NCBI GenBank assembly: GCA_964016885.1
Contig: OZ024751.1
Span: 32,860,001 to 32,924,000, forward strand
DNA: 64,000 nt
Direction of reading: 5' to 3'
From: Eledone cirrhosa
Taxonomy: Eukaryota
Position numbers and translations under genes: made by a program. The notes under the pieces were generated by a model that saw nothing but the letters and a program-made list of their open reading frames with translations, was not told the DNA's origin and ran no database searches. Below are positions 46,277-60,605 of this stretch, piece after piece (positions within the stretch are counted from its first letter, which is position 1; each line of letters opens with the position of its first letter).

Positions 46277-48674
46277 CTAAAGTTCCATACAGAGTGAATA
46301 TTATAGGAAGAAGTAAAAATGGCAAAGCACAGATGTGTGTGTGTATACACACACACACACACACATATAAAGAGAGAGGGGGGAGGAGAGGAAAATGAGA
46401 ACTGCCATACTTATTGCATTAAATGGCTGAGTACTTACAGACGTTTGTGTTCTTAAAATTGGGAGATCCAGCGTGCCCCTGTATCAGACAAGGCTGACCC
46501 TTTGAATTACAGATGGGGTCCACATGCTGGTTTACCACACAGTGTTCAGCTGATTTCATTCACAAGCCATTTATCTAACAGATCTGAGTTGCTGTCATGC
46601 TAGAAACAGATGCTGAAGGTGCCCCATTGCAACAGAACCAGGAAATTCTATACAGCAAGCTCCTAAAACATTTGTCATGCTTAGTTGGGTACTTGAAGCA
46701 TTAACCTACGAGTTTGTTTCATCAAGATCGTATCAGTTCCGAGATTTCACCTTGTCTTAATCGTAAACCTATTTAATCTCTTCATTGACATTCTATCTGC
46801 AAGAAAATAGCAGCTAAATATCCCTATCTTCGCACTCTACTATTTCAAACAAAAGCATTTTGAAGGGAGTCACCTCTGCTAAAGTTACCAAAGGGTCAGA
46901 TATTGGTGTTAAACCAGCCAGCGTATTAGATCTAGCAATAAAGTAGACCACGTAGGTGGTGGGGTGGATATTAACTTAGGATGGAAGCAGCTGTAACAGA
47001 TACCACCACTACTGGACCCTGGTTGTATTGATTTCCAAGTCAACCAACCTATGAACAAAACGTTTGGTAAGGATACTGTCAATGTACTATGTCTGAAAAT
47101 ATCATGATATGGTCATGGGTGGAAGGACGTTAATTGGAGGTGAACAACTTTTAATATCAACCATTCTAACAACAACTATAATCAGACATTTAAGTGGGGT
47201 TGCGATAAACTTAAACGCTGTAGTGGTAGTCCTCTCTATAGAATCAAGAAACTTTAGGAAAATAATATTACGTTGTGTAATTAGCTGTAAGGCACGATAA
47301 AGTCAAGTTGGAAAAGGAAACTGCTGATTGCGAAGAAAAAGTTCTTTGCTGGCAGCTGGGTTGACAAGAAAGTTGAGAGAGATCTGTGTGAGCTACAACA
47401 CTATCTGATGTGGCACTTGCACAACGATTTGTTTTATCATAGTCTTGATAATCACTGTATTATCGTATTAATGGTTTCAAATAGTTTTTCTTTGCTATAT
47501 TTTTCGTAGAATGCTGATAAGGGTGCCTCGTGTGTACGCCTGCAGGCATTCGCTAGTTCAATGTATGTATATATATATATATATAATGTAAACTTAGATA
47601 TCGGCATGTATACATACACACATACATACTTCGAGCGTATATTCACACATACATATATACATACACACGTATATGCACGGAAACATATACACACATAGGT
47701 AAGTTCATACAAACTTATGTAGATATATATATAATCCCACACACACACACACACATTTATATACATGCACACACATGTATATATATATACACACATATAT
47801 AGACATGCACGTGTGTATATATATATATATATATATATACACACAAACACACACATATAAATATATACACACACACATCTATCCATCCATATGAACTCAT
47901 ACATATCTACACACTCAAGCACACATACAGACACCATCGACACTGTTTGATGTCTATCTGTTTTTATTTGCAATATTTATCTTTTAGTTTCTCTTATCTT
48001 ATAAAAGACATTTTCTTTTTGCTAGAATTTGGAATATTAAATTTTTCTATGTCAATTCTAATCTTCGGAAGTGACTCACCTTCTACGATACATGATATGT
48101 TCGGAATTAACCAAACTGATAGCAGTATTCGATCATACTGCTAAATAAATATATACATAGGCGGTGAATTATTAGAGTTGTTAGAGAGTCTGACAAGCTG
48201 TATTGCCTTATTCCAGCTCCTTGCTTTCTGAGTCTGGGTCGATAAGTCAAGTATCAATGATAGTGGTTAATCTGGTGAAATCGTTACAGCCTCGGACTGA
48301 CGCTGGAGATAACTTTTCAAACAGTTTCCGTTTTGTGATCAAGTTCGCACCTGGTCTCCTATGATGATAGATATAATCTATTGCCCGGTTTAAAATTACC
48401 ACCTGGTCCTTTGGTGCTTCTAACAGAGACCAATATTCTGGCTAAGCCTCCGGTTTGAGAATATATTCAACCCTTCCCCCTCTTTCACTAGATTTGCAGG
48501 ATCGGAATGTTTCCTTGCTATTGCCCTTCCCTTTCTGACTAAACTAAGAAAAATATAGAATAACGAAATGTGTAGGAATACATTGTTTTATACTGCATAT
48601 CAACCAGTCTATGGCACTCACAACATTGCTTCTAACTTCTACAACATGCAACAGAATAAGAGAATAGTATCAAA

Positions 48675-48845
48675 TAGGGGGGTCGGCTGAAAACTTCATA
48701 GTCTGACTATGAAGGATTCATGCTAGAGCTGTGAAATCTGGCATTCATTAATTCCAACTCTTCTTGTTAATAACTCTTATTTCTTTCCAGGGTCTAAGTT
48801 GAAAAAATTAAACTTTATTTGATCATTCCATGAGAGTATCTTAAT
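48675..48845 (+). mobile_element. Possible mariner-type MITE end
   Basis: taggggggtcggctgaaaacttc resembles mariner TIR starts (tacgagggg..ctgaaaagttc); no partner TIR found. Confidence 0.3.
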
Positions 48846-50185
48846 CTGTGTTAAAATGTGGATTTACAATAAGAAAACAATTAACACACAAACATAAACA
48901 GCATAATAAATTAAGGAATTTGACTATTAACGACCAATTTTCTACACCTTTTACCATAAATTATTTATATAGGGAGCAAGAAGTAAGTTCTCGGGAAAGC
49001 GAGAATCAGAACGGTAGATCAAATCTCAGCTGAAGAGATTTCAGTTTACTTACTACAGAAATGCGATAATGTATTTTTAAAGACTTCAACGTGTCAAATT
49101 CTCCTTCTCCCCCCCCCCCCCGCCTACGTTGCAGGTTATTTATGTGTCACAGTCAAACAGTTAATCACTTTCAACAACCACATCAAAACTAATAATTATC
49201 AAGAGTAGTCTCATCTATAAGCCAGGTTTTGAAGGTCAGTCAATCAGCGGGACTCAGCACATCGTTACACCACAACAACAGATCGTTGTATGTAGGAAAG
49301 AAGTACGTTTTATTTATTTAATTAAAATAATCTGATACATCAATTGCCAATTGCATATAATAAATCTTCAAAGAACATTTCATTGAGTGTTTATCGGAAT
49401 GTTCAACGAAATAATTGGAACTCTCTAGCGACATGATGATTAAAGATCAATTGCGAATAACTTACTGTAATCGATATTTATACGTCTCTACTATATATCT
49501 ATTTAATGACCATATTCACTTCAAATTCTGTGACTGATCTTATCTCGTTCTAATGTCACCAAAGCAATTTATCACATCTATCATCCTCCTAGTTCAAATG
49601 AAAAGATGCATTTTCCCCCTTTTTATTTGATCGTATCGCATTTTAATCTCTTTTACAACGATTACTTCCCTTTATCCTCACACTCTCCACACAGTTGGTA
49701 GGTTTAGATGTTGTAGTGCAATTCTCAGTTTGTCAATTACGTAAGTTCTTGTTTCTAAATATATTTACCTAATTGTGTATCTTATCGATTAGTACTACTC
49801 CATCGGCTCCCTCATTGATTTCACAGTAAATCTAAAACCTTATCCATTCACAAACAATTTCGAACGCAGCCATTTCCATAATTCTACTGCCAAATATTCA
49901 AAATATTCATACACACACACACAGTTTTATATATGCTACACACATACATACATACATACAACTATACCTACATTTATACATTCAAATATGCAAGTATACA
50001 CCATACACATATGTTTACATACATACGTGTATGGATGTATATATGTCTGTATCAACTAATTTGTTATGAAGACAACGAGTGAGTATATTTGTGATCACTC
50101 GCCTTGCTAGAAATGCGAGCCAATTTCCCTCCAGACATCACCTTACTTTCTTGAAGAATATTTCACTTATGTTTAGCAGGTCTAA

Positions 50186-50367
50186 TAATTGTTTCTACTT
50201 TTGGCACAAGGCCAGTAATTATCCCAGTGTATTACTGGTATTTTATTTTATCGACCCCATAAGGATAAAAGTCAAAGCTGACCTTGGCGAGTTTTGAAAT
50301 CAGAATGGAAAGAGACGTAACTATGCGTCGAAGCATGGCGTCCGACCGATACTGCCAATCCACCGCT
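50186..50367 (-). mobile_element. SINE family A
   Basis: Reverse complement of the family A consensus from tail to A box. Confidence 0.85.
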
Positions 50368-52157
50368 CTTGCAGGTCTAATAATGATGTAGGAACTCCGT
50401 CTAATGGGACCTCAACTGTAGCTGAAACTACAGTTGAGGTTAGAGTCACAGTAATACAATATAACTGTGTAGACAGTATAAACTAAGGCAATATAAGGAT
50501 ATAGGAAATAGTGAGACAGATCGAACAATATCCAATGGACCGGATGTAGCTAGTTCACTTCACGTAGAGAGAAAAACATGAATGTCACAGATTCCTTATT
50601 CAAACCATCTGTGGTTAGTCAACGATATATATTCAGCAGCCGTTTAAGGATATGTTGGATTAAACTGTCAAGAAGTTGACTGTATTTATCATAGCCATGT
50701 GTGGTATACATGAAATGTTTATCATAGTTTTCATTAAGATAATATATTATCTAAAAAAATAAATTGTAACTTTGAAAGTTGTGTATTTGATAGTATCCTG
50801 ACTGTATCCTTTTCCTCTATATTGTTTATATAAGCCACTTTCTTAAGTCTTCGGCTATCTTTGTTTAAATATACATAATACAATTATATCTATCTATTCC
50901 TTATATAAAGATGTAGAAAGTGAGTTCACACTGCTTAGTAAACATGTATAGTTGATTGATATTGTCATTATGATGAACAAGTAGTTCATGAAATAATTTA
51001 AGTTACAACAACAACAGAGCTAAAGAGACGAGATTCTCGCACATTGTCACTTGACATGCTAGTTATAATAGCGACTTTGCCCTTAAATTACATCCTATAT
51101 TCTTCAGAAAAACGATATTTCTGATAAAGTTGTCTGACGTCTTCTACAGAGGAAACAGCTGGGTGGTGAAATCTTAAATGTCAAATTGTAAAGTTAGAAA
51201 AACACACCGGGGACGATTACAAAACTAATATTTTCCCTAGTGGCACAAGGCCAGACAGGGTAGGGTTGGTCGAATAAATTGACCTCTGTACTTTGATAAA
51301 ACTTTATTTTATATGACTCTTTAACGATTCTGCCATTCACCGATCTTGTGTCGATAGATGTAATGTTCGGGAGCAGTTTTCTGGAAACTTAACAAATCCA
51401 GGGTCTTCTCACTCCTGCTGGAGGAACCCCTCCTTTGTTGAACTCCATTGCTTTCTCTTGTTTTGGTCATACCAGGGGTGTAACTATACTCACCACGCTT
51501 GGTTAATTGTGGGTAGGTAAGGTTATTTAACCCATAATTGGGGCTCTTGTTTTCCTGTGCTACTAGGTTAAAAAGTAAATAATAAATGCAAAAATCATGT
51601 TCAGGGCAATTTTCAATTGTTTGAAACCTATCTTAGGAGTAATGTATTACACAGAATAAGAGGCACTAAATAAAGATAATTTTAACCTGATGTAAATATA
51701 ATCTCATTTCAAGAATCCTCTGTGGCAAACATTTGCACCGGATTTCCTTTCTTAGGATTATCTTGCTATTTATCTCACCAGTTTCGGAAACCAGGATAAG
51801 GGTCTGGGGAGGGTGGGGTTGTGGGGGGTTGGGGGCTGCTTTTAAAAAGAAAGTGGCCATAGATCTCTTTTACAACATGAAATAAACTCTCTGGCAGGTT
51901 CATATAAGAATTTATGGTTCAATACATTATTGAAGTTTTGCCAATTATAACTACAGCATCTGTCTAATTTGATATTAACGATTTGGTTTTAAAAATCCAA
52001 TCAGTCTCAAATTTTATTTAGTAATCAATTTAGAAATATTTAGAAATATCGATAAAAACTTATTGATGATCGTCTGTCTAAGAAATATTTCCAGACTGAA
52101 GATTGAACGAAATAAAAACCGTGTATAACCCATTTCTTCTTGAAACAGAAGTATGGT

Positions 52158-52158
52158 A

Positions 52159-52192
<34 letters not shown>

Positions 52193-52338
52193 TATAGTAC
52201 TAACAGTAGTAGTAGGAGTAATAGTAGCAGCAGCAGAGGTTGTAGTACTAACACTAGTAGTAGTAGTAACAGCAGCAGTGGTTGTAGTACTAACACTAGT
52301 AGTAGTAGTAACAGCAGCAGTGGTTGTAGTACTAACAC

Positions 52339-52369
<31 letters not shown>

Positions 52370-52409
52370 CCTAGTAGTAGTGCAGCAGCAGTGGTTGTAG
52401 TATTAACAC

Positions 52410-52456
<47 letters not shown>

Positions 52457-52492
52457 ATAGCAGCAACAGTAGCAGTAGTAGTAGTAGTAGTT
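52158..52492. repeat. (TAG)n repeat with a 42-bp higher-order unit
   Basis: Recurrent gcagcagtggttgtagtactaacactagtagtag. Confidence 0.92.
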
Positions 52493-53775
52493 TAGAGTAT
52501 AGGCTAAACATCTTAGTTAATGAAATTCATGAAAGATAGTTTCTGAAATTATTTATTAAGAATATTTTACATGAATAGCCTCCATATTTGTATCTTAGAA
52601 AATATTAGTTTCCTCGAGCAAACAATTTGTGAGACGAGAAATTTACAATTTCCTGTCTCAGATCAGCTAAAATATTTGTCCTTTTCTGTCTCACTGAACA
52701 AAGAGTGAATATTGAAGCTGAGCTAAGATAGTGGGGCGGTGCTTATACAAGTTCTTTTCAACTTCCTAGGGAAAGTAAATATAAGATGAGGTGGCCATAA
52801 CTGGAAGGCTTTTGATCTTAAAGGGAGACATGGCCAGCATCTCGTTCAACATGTTTCCGTTTCTGGAGAATCTGGCGCTAGAGGTGATCGACCTCGACAG
52901 ATTCTACGGCGTAGTGTAGATGAGTTCGTTAACGAAGGAGAGAGAGTGAGAGCAGAGAGAGGGGGAGAGAAAGAAGCGGAGAGAAAGAGGTAGAGAGAGG
53001 GAATGAAAGAGGGAGAGAGAAAGAGAGAGACAGAAAGAAAGAGAGTGTGAGAGTAAAACCGATCCTATATCTATATTTATAGATCGACCACAGGATCTCT
53101 GAGGCAGAACTAATACCGCAAGGCATTGTATTATCTGACGTTCAAACAACGCCATATTTATGTCAAGCATCTCTGTTTTCATGCGATAAAATAAAAAGAT
53201 AAAACGAAAAGAGAATAGAGCGAGAGAATTAAACCGTTTTCAACATGTTGTTCTGACATTTTTATTTCCTAGTTAAGACAAACACTGTTGTGTCACACGG
53301 GAGAGCTCTTTCTTTGTTTGTGCTTCTCTTTCAACGGAATATTATCTTACAATCTGACAACTTATTTAATCGTTATAATTGACATTTATAGGACATAGTA
53401 TCAGAGTATTGGTTAATGATGAAGGTGGCAACACTGAAAATATCTGATTACTCACGTCGCCATTTCTAACATCGAGTATGAGAAATGTTCTTGGATAAGA
53501 TTGGGGCGTGAGGCGGAGCCGTGAGATATGGGGGCGTGAGGTGTGGAGGCGCTTCAAGTTAACAAATATTTATCTATGTATTTGATTGATTAGAAATAGC
53601 AGCCAAATATATTTATATTAAAACCATACATTATATCCATATAAGGACTCTTAACTCCTTTTGGAGTTGTAGGGGCGCTGGCGTGGCATAAGATATTTCT
53701 TTGGCGGTTTTTGATTTACATCCGACCGTCTGACCGAGCCCATCCTAGCTTAAATCTGGAACACGACCGATTTAT

Positions 53776-53810
<35 letters not shown>

Positions 53811-53819
53811 AGAAACGGC

Positions 53820-53940
53820 CCCCAAAACTAGACTGGTATTTTCTTATCGACTTCGAAAGGATGAAAATCAAAGTTGACCTCGGTTGGATTTGAACTGAGA
53901 GAGCGGAGAACCGGAAGTTATACCATCAATTCTACCAACA
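53820..53940 (-). mobile_element. Degenerate SINE fragment, family A-like
   Basis: ggatgaaaatcaaagttgacctcggttggatttgaact. Confidence 0.65.
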
Positions 53941-54317
53941 CCTGCCCAAACCATCCATTACCGACTTAAAAAGGAAGAACATTCAGAAATAAATAGTCGA
54001 GAGCAGTGACCAAATATTTACGTTGCTGTTTGACTGGCTAGAAATAGTAGCTAAATCTCTCTCAAGTCACACACTAATCTATTAAAAAGAAATATGAAAA
54101 CGAAACGATTCTTCTGGCAGAATAAGACTGGGTGATTACGTTTGAAACGTGCTTGATCATATTATTGGTCTGTCGGTGTTGGCCCAGGGCTAAACAATAT
54201 AAACAGGTTTTATTTGTTTTATTCCTCTTAAATTAGCAACGGAAAACATTAAAAATGTGATAGAAACACTGATTAAGAGAATCAGAGAGATGGATTTCAC
54301 AGAAGGGGGATAATATG

Positions 54318-54840
54318 AGGTTGGTGGTGATGGTGGCGGTGATGGTGATGATGGTGATGGTGATGATGGTGATGATGGTGATGATGGTGATGGTGGTGGT
54401 GATGGTGAAGATGGTGGAGGTGATGGTGATGGTGAAGATGGTGGAGGTGATGGTGATGATGAGGGTGGTGATGGTGGTGATGGTGGTGGTAATGATGATG
54501 ACAGCAGTGGTGATGAAGGGGAAGGTGATGATAGTGATGGTGATGGTGATGGTGATGATGAATGTGATGGTGAAGGTGATGGTGAAGGTGGTGGTGACGA
54601 TGGTGAAGGTGATGGTGATGGTGGTGATGGTGATGATGGTGATGATGAAGATGATGACGACGGAGGTGATAATAATGATGTTGGTGATGAAGGAGATGGT
54701 GATGCTGATGGTGAAGGTGAGGATGATGAGGAGGCTGAGGAAAAGGACCATGAGGATAATGATGCTGCTATTACTGATGACTACACTAATGAATGATGAT
54801 GATGATGATGTTGAAGACGATGATGGTGAGGAGGAGGAGG
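54318..54840. repeat. (GAT/GGT)n trinucleotide repeat
   Basis: Direct inspection. Confidence 0.92.
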
Positions 54841-54907
54841 GTCTGTAGGAGGAGAGTGATGTTGCCACTACAGTTGATGACACAAATAACGATGTAGAAT
54901 CAAACAA

Positions 54908-55938
54908 TATATCAAACTATCTAGTGAGATCAAACTATATATCAAACTATCTAGTGAGATCAACCTATATATCAAACTATCTAGTGAGATCAAACTATCT
55001 AGTGAGATCAAACTATATATCAAACTATCTAGTAAGATCAACCTATATATCAAACTATCTAGTGAGATCAAACTATATATCAAACTATCTAGTGAGATCA
55101 AACTATATATCAAACTATCTAGTGAGATCAACCTATATATCAAACTATCTAGTGAGATCAAACTATCTAGTGAGATCAACCTATATATCAAACTATATAT
55201 CAAACTATCTAGTGAGATCAACCTATATATCAAACTATCTAGTGAGATCAAACTATATATCAAACTATCTAGTGAGATCAACCTATATATCAAACTATCT
55301 AGTGAGATCAAACTATATATCAAACTATCTAGTGAGATCAACCTATATATCAAACTATCTAGTGAGATCAACCTATATATCAAACTATCTAGTGAGATCA
55401 AACTATATGTCAAACTATCTAGTGAGATCAAACTATATATCAAACTATCTAGTGAGATCAAACTATATATCAAACTATCTAGTGAGATCAAACTATCTAG
55501 TGAGATCAAACTATATATCAAACTATCTAGTGAGATCAAACTATCTAGTGAGATCAACCTATATATCAAACTATCTAGTGAGATCAAACTATATATCAAA
55601 CTATCTAGTGAGATCAAACTATCTAGTGAGATCAACCTATATATCAAACTATCTAGTGAGATCAAACTATCTAGTGAGATCAAACTATATATCAAACTAT
55701 CTAGTGAGATCAAACTATCTAGTGAGATCAACCTATATATCAAACTATCTAGTGAGATCAAACTATATATCAAACTATCTAGTGAGATCAAACTATATAT
55801 CAAACTATCTAGTGAGATCAAACTATATATCAAACTATCTAGTGAGATCAAACTATCTAGTGAGATCAAACTATATATCAAACTATCTAGTGAGATCAAA
55901 CTATATATCAAACTATCTAGTGAGATCAAACTATATAT
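54908..55938. repeat. Minisatellite of interchangeable 18-bp (atctagtgagatcaaact) and 12-bp (atatatcaaact) modules, mostly 30-bp period
   Basis: Direct inspection; the ORFs are open only because the modules are multiples of 3. Confidence 0.95.
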
Positions 55939-56074
55939 TTTGTTTTTTTTAAAACAGTTTTAACTTTCCGATGAATATGGTTATTCCATGACATTTCTCG
56001 GAGTCTCAGATCAGTCGAAATCCGAATTGAAATGTAGGGAACATGTCCTTGGTCTCTCCTCAAAACAATATTCT

Positions 56075-56222
56075 ATTGCTTTGCAGCATAGAGTTACCCA
56101 CCTTTACGGTCTGAGTTCAAATCCCGCCGAGATTAACTTTGCTTTTCATCCTTACGGGGTAAAATAAAGTACCAGTAATGTACTGGGTAATTGCTGGCCT
56201 TGTGCCAAAAGTAGAAACAATT
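56075..56222 (+). mobile_element. 5'-truncated SINE family A
   Basis: B-box, body and tail. Confidence 0.85.
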
Positions 56223-56356
56223 GTTAGTAGTTTTTTAAATAGATTTCTTATCTGAGTTACAGAACTATGATTTGGTAGAATGATAGTTGACTGTTTTCGG
56301 GGTAATTACCAAATATCTGATGTAGTTGAAATTTAATTACATTATTAAATTTGTTT

Positions 56357-56545
56357 AGCGGCGGATTGGCAGTATCGGTAGAGAGTCGGACGCTATGCTT
56401 TCCAGCATAGTTACGTCCCTTTACGGTCTGAGTTCAAATCCCGCCGAGGTTTACTTTGCCTTTCATCCTTACGGGGTCGATAAAATAAAGTACCAGTAAT
56501 GCACTGGAAATTGCTGGCCTTGTGCCTAAAGTAGAAACAATTATT
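56357..56545 (+). mobile_element. Apparently full-length SINE family A
   Basis: gcggcggattggcagtatcggtaga ... gagttcaaatccc ... gtagaaacaatta. Confidence 0.88.
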
Positions 56546-56676
56546 ACATTTGTTTAGCACTATTTCCTGTATTTAATACTTTAAAACTTGGCTATTTGCT
56601 GTGTTAGCTGGTGCAACACGTGGGGTAAATGGTTAAATATTTATATCTAGATATCAGTCCACACACTCTCATATTT

Positions 56677-56707
<31 letters not shown>

Positions 56708-56933
56708 ATGTATGTATGTGTGTATGTGTATGTATGAGAGAGTGAGAGAGAGTGTGTGTGTGTTTGTGTGTACACATATATATTTATATACACACACACT
56801 TGCAAAGGCTCTCCGAATACTACCCGTAACCAATAAGATCCCTCTTTCTCTCTGCATACTTGTATATATATATATATATGTTTATATATATATATATATA
56901 TACACACACATACAACATACATACATACATACA

Positions 56934-57254
56934 TGGTGGCTGCCAACTCGTTTTCGAGTACGGCCACTACTTTATATCCATGTAGGAGAACCCCTACCGA
57001 AGCGCTGAACGAGTGTGACTTTTTAGTCCAGCCAGCGACTTGAACACTCTGGTACAAACACTACACTTGTGACAATTATTGACACATAGTGCTGGGCCCA
57101 TGGTACCATGTGACGACAAGTGCAGAGAGATCTCCAGATATAAAGCAATGCCTGTGCCGCGAAGCTTTTATAGTGAGCAAAGGCACTGCACAAAGCCAGT
57201 CCCACTCTCTTAACCAAGATAATATTTACCAAAAAGAAGAACAAGTCAACATCA
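56934..57254 (-). mobile_element. Truncated second copy of the 22560-23171 element
   Basis: Near-identical to 22560-22881 with the same left boundary (tggtggctgcc); flanked by CATA repeats on both sides. Confidence 0.8.
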
Positions 57255-57353
57255 TACATACATACAGCCCCCCCCCCGAACATGTATACACACTTCAACA
57301 GCATTCTAATAAATATTACCTGTTCATGTAATCAAAGTGTGTATACATCTTTG

Positions 57354-57400
<47 letters not shown>

Positions 57401-57816
57401 GATATATATATATATAATTGAAATACTTTATTGGTGTAGAAAGGAGAGCCATTCATTTAAATGTCATCTATTCAGTGTCTAAAAAGTCACGGTGGCTTTT
57501 TAAGCCTCTGCAGAAATTGTGCTAACCATATCATCAATATAAATACTGGCAATTGAGAATTTCGTCAAAGATGTGAACCTCATCAAACAATTACCTTGGA
57601 AAAATCGAATATTTTGCACTTCATTCTGTGTAATCCTATCATCGAATCCATAACAGATGAAATATTTCAGTCCATGAGAAAAGAACACGAGGATATTTCT
57701 TATTTTTGTTCTTGTTATATACTAGTTTTTATGTAAGTTTATTTATATATATGGCTTTTTATGGAATTGCGTAATGGCTTGTCAATTGTAAGAATATATA
57801 TATATATGTATATACA

Positions 57817-57861
<45 letters not shown>

Positions 57862-58237
57862 ATTTGTTTAGTTATTGCAATTGCTATTGATAACTGTTGC
57901 ATGGAATCTTCGGGTATAACCTTTTCAATTAAGGTAGCTTAAACACACACCCACACATATTTACAGCACATGATTATGATACATTTATATATATATAATA
58001 CACAGGTGCAATGCATATATATACAATACGCAGGTACAATACAGAGAACAACACATGCTCACAACACATGGATATGGTGCATGTATGTATAATACATATA
58101 CTGTATAACACATGCAATGCATGTTTATACAATAAATGTATATATAACACATAGTTACAAGGTATGTGTGTATAACACAGTTATAATACATATACATATA
58201 TAACACATCGTGGCACATGTATATACAACTCAGATGT

Positions 58238-58271
<34 letters not shown>

Positions 58272-58697
58272 TTTACACATACACCAATTAAACAAGGTCA
58301 CAGATATATATGTGTTTTGGCAACCATTCACGATGTGGCTCAATGAAGAATTAATAAATTAAACAATCAGAGCCAAATACTATAAAGTAAAGCATGTCCA
58401 TAGAATCATTTGATAATATATATACATCATTTCTTCTCCCAATTAGCATAATTAACCACACAAAAAAAATCAATTAGACCAGGCTATAAGATTAAAAGGC
58501 ACCTATGAAGAAACAGTAAATAAATAAACGATAGCAGCGTCTTCGCGGCCAACCGCTATAGAATATATATATCTGTGACTTTGTTTAATTGGTGTATATG
58601 TAAATATTTATATTTAATAATCTGCCATAAGGTTGAGATGCAATTTGGGCAATATTGGGCTGCTCTTTCTAGCAACCAACCCACTCGCCGTAAGCAA

Positions 58698-58771
58698 CCA
58701 ATCACACTCTTTCTGACTTGACCACTGCCACGTCACAGTTCTTAGCCATTTTGAATTCGTGTTTGGCGGGA
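58698..58771 (+). promoter_or_regulatory. Cluster of Pol II promoter-type motifs upstream of the hammerhead
   Basis: CCAATCA (58698), GCCACGTCA CRE/ATF-like (58727), GCCATTTT YY1-like (58745) and TTTGGCGGGA E2F-like (58762) within 75 bp. Confidence 0.4.
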
Positions 58772-58792
58772 GCCACTTCAGAAAATATTCTG

Positions 58793-58890
58793 TCCTAGCG
58801 AGTTTGTCCCCTGAAGAGTTCGAAACTCGAGATTTATCCTTAATAGGATATCTCAAAATGAGAACGAAACCCATGGGTCGGGATTTAGGG
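58793..58890 (+). ncRNA. Type I hammerhead ribozyme with canonical core and extended stem II
   Basis: Stem I GUCCC(58806-10)/GGGAU(58880-84), extended by UCCUAG/UUAGGG; CUGAAGA (58811-17); stem II GUUC/GAAC with inner hairpin UAUCCU-uaau-AGGAUA; GAAA (58866-69); palindromic stem III ACCCAUGGGU; GUC cut predicted after 58879. Confidence 0.88.
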
Positions 58891-59185
58891 ATTTAATTCT
58901 GATAGAAATGCTTATGTATATAAGCATTTCTAACTTTAATTTTATACCTAATTGTGTATGGTTGACCGTATATTTAATTAATTTCCACGTGCTTTTGAAA
59001 TGTTGGGTAAATATTCTATAGCGGTTGGCCTTGAAGACGCTGCTATCGTTTATTTATTTACTGTTTCTTCATAGGTGCCTTTTAATCTTATAGCCTGGTC
59101 TAATTGATTTTTTGTGTGGTTAATTATGCTAATTGGGAGAAGAAATGATGTATATATATTATCAACTAATTTTATGGACATGCTT

Positions 59186-60214
<1,029 letters not shown>

Positions 60215-60221
60215 CTATTAT

Positions 60222-60271
<50 letters not shown>

Positions 60272-60363
60272 CACATCGTGATACATGTATATACAACTCA
60301 GATGTGCAATATATGTATATACAATTCAGAGATACAAAATAGACACCCAATGTTGCTGTTGTT

Positions 60364-60605
60364 ACAGCTCACACCTATGCAGGTTTAGCTGGCCTCCTCC
60401 AAGGTTTATCTCGTTAGAGGTGTCTTGGGTGATTTAATGATAGGGACCCCAGTCCTATCATCTCATTTCTACAGCTGAGTAAACTGGAGCAACGTGAAAT
60501 AAAGTGTCTTGCTCAAGAAAACAACATATCACCCGGTCCGAGAATTGAACTAACAACCTTTCGATTGCAAGCCCAATGCCCTAAGCACTAAGTCATGCGC
60601 CTTCA
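60364..60605 (-). mobile_element. tRNA-derived SINE, family B
   Basis: The minus strand starts with tRNA-like gcgcatgacttagtgcttagggcattgggcttgcaatcgaaaggttgttagttcaattctc, then a ttgagcaagacactttatttcacgttgctccag core. Confidence 0.75.

Larger units (their letters stand above)
58263..59189 (+). mobile_element. Non-coding hammerhead-bearing element with an inverted 5' segment (Penelope-pLTR / retrozyme-like)
   Basis: 58263-58311 is the reverse complement of 58565-58613; 58386-58566 is the reverse complement of 59011-59189; hammerhead at 58793-58890; both ends lie in (TA)n. Confidence 0.78.

Noticed and set aside
50409-50440. Perfect 13-bp hairpin
   Set aside because: Isolated, with no second copy or context to support a function.
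54868-55952. 342/353-aa repetitive ORFs and a CRISPR-like appearance
   Set aside because: Tandem minisatellite with no unique spacers, in eukaryotic DNA with no cas genes.
60540-60605. tRNA-like sequence
   Set aside because: Degenerate SINE head continuing into a SINE core, not a tRNA gene.
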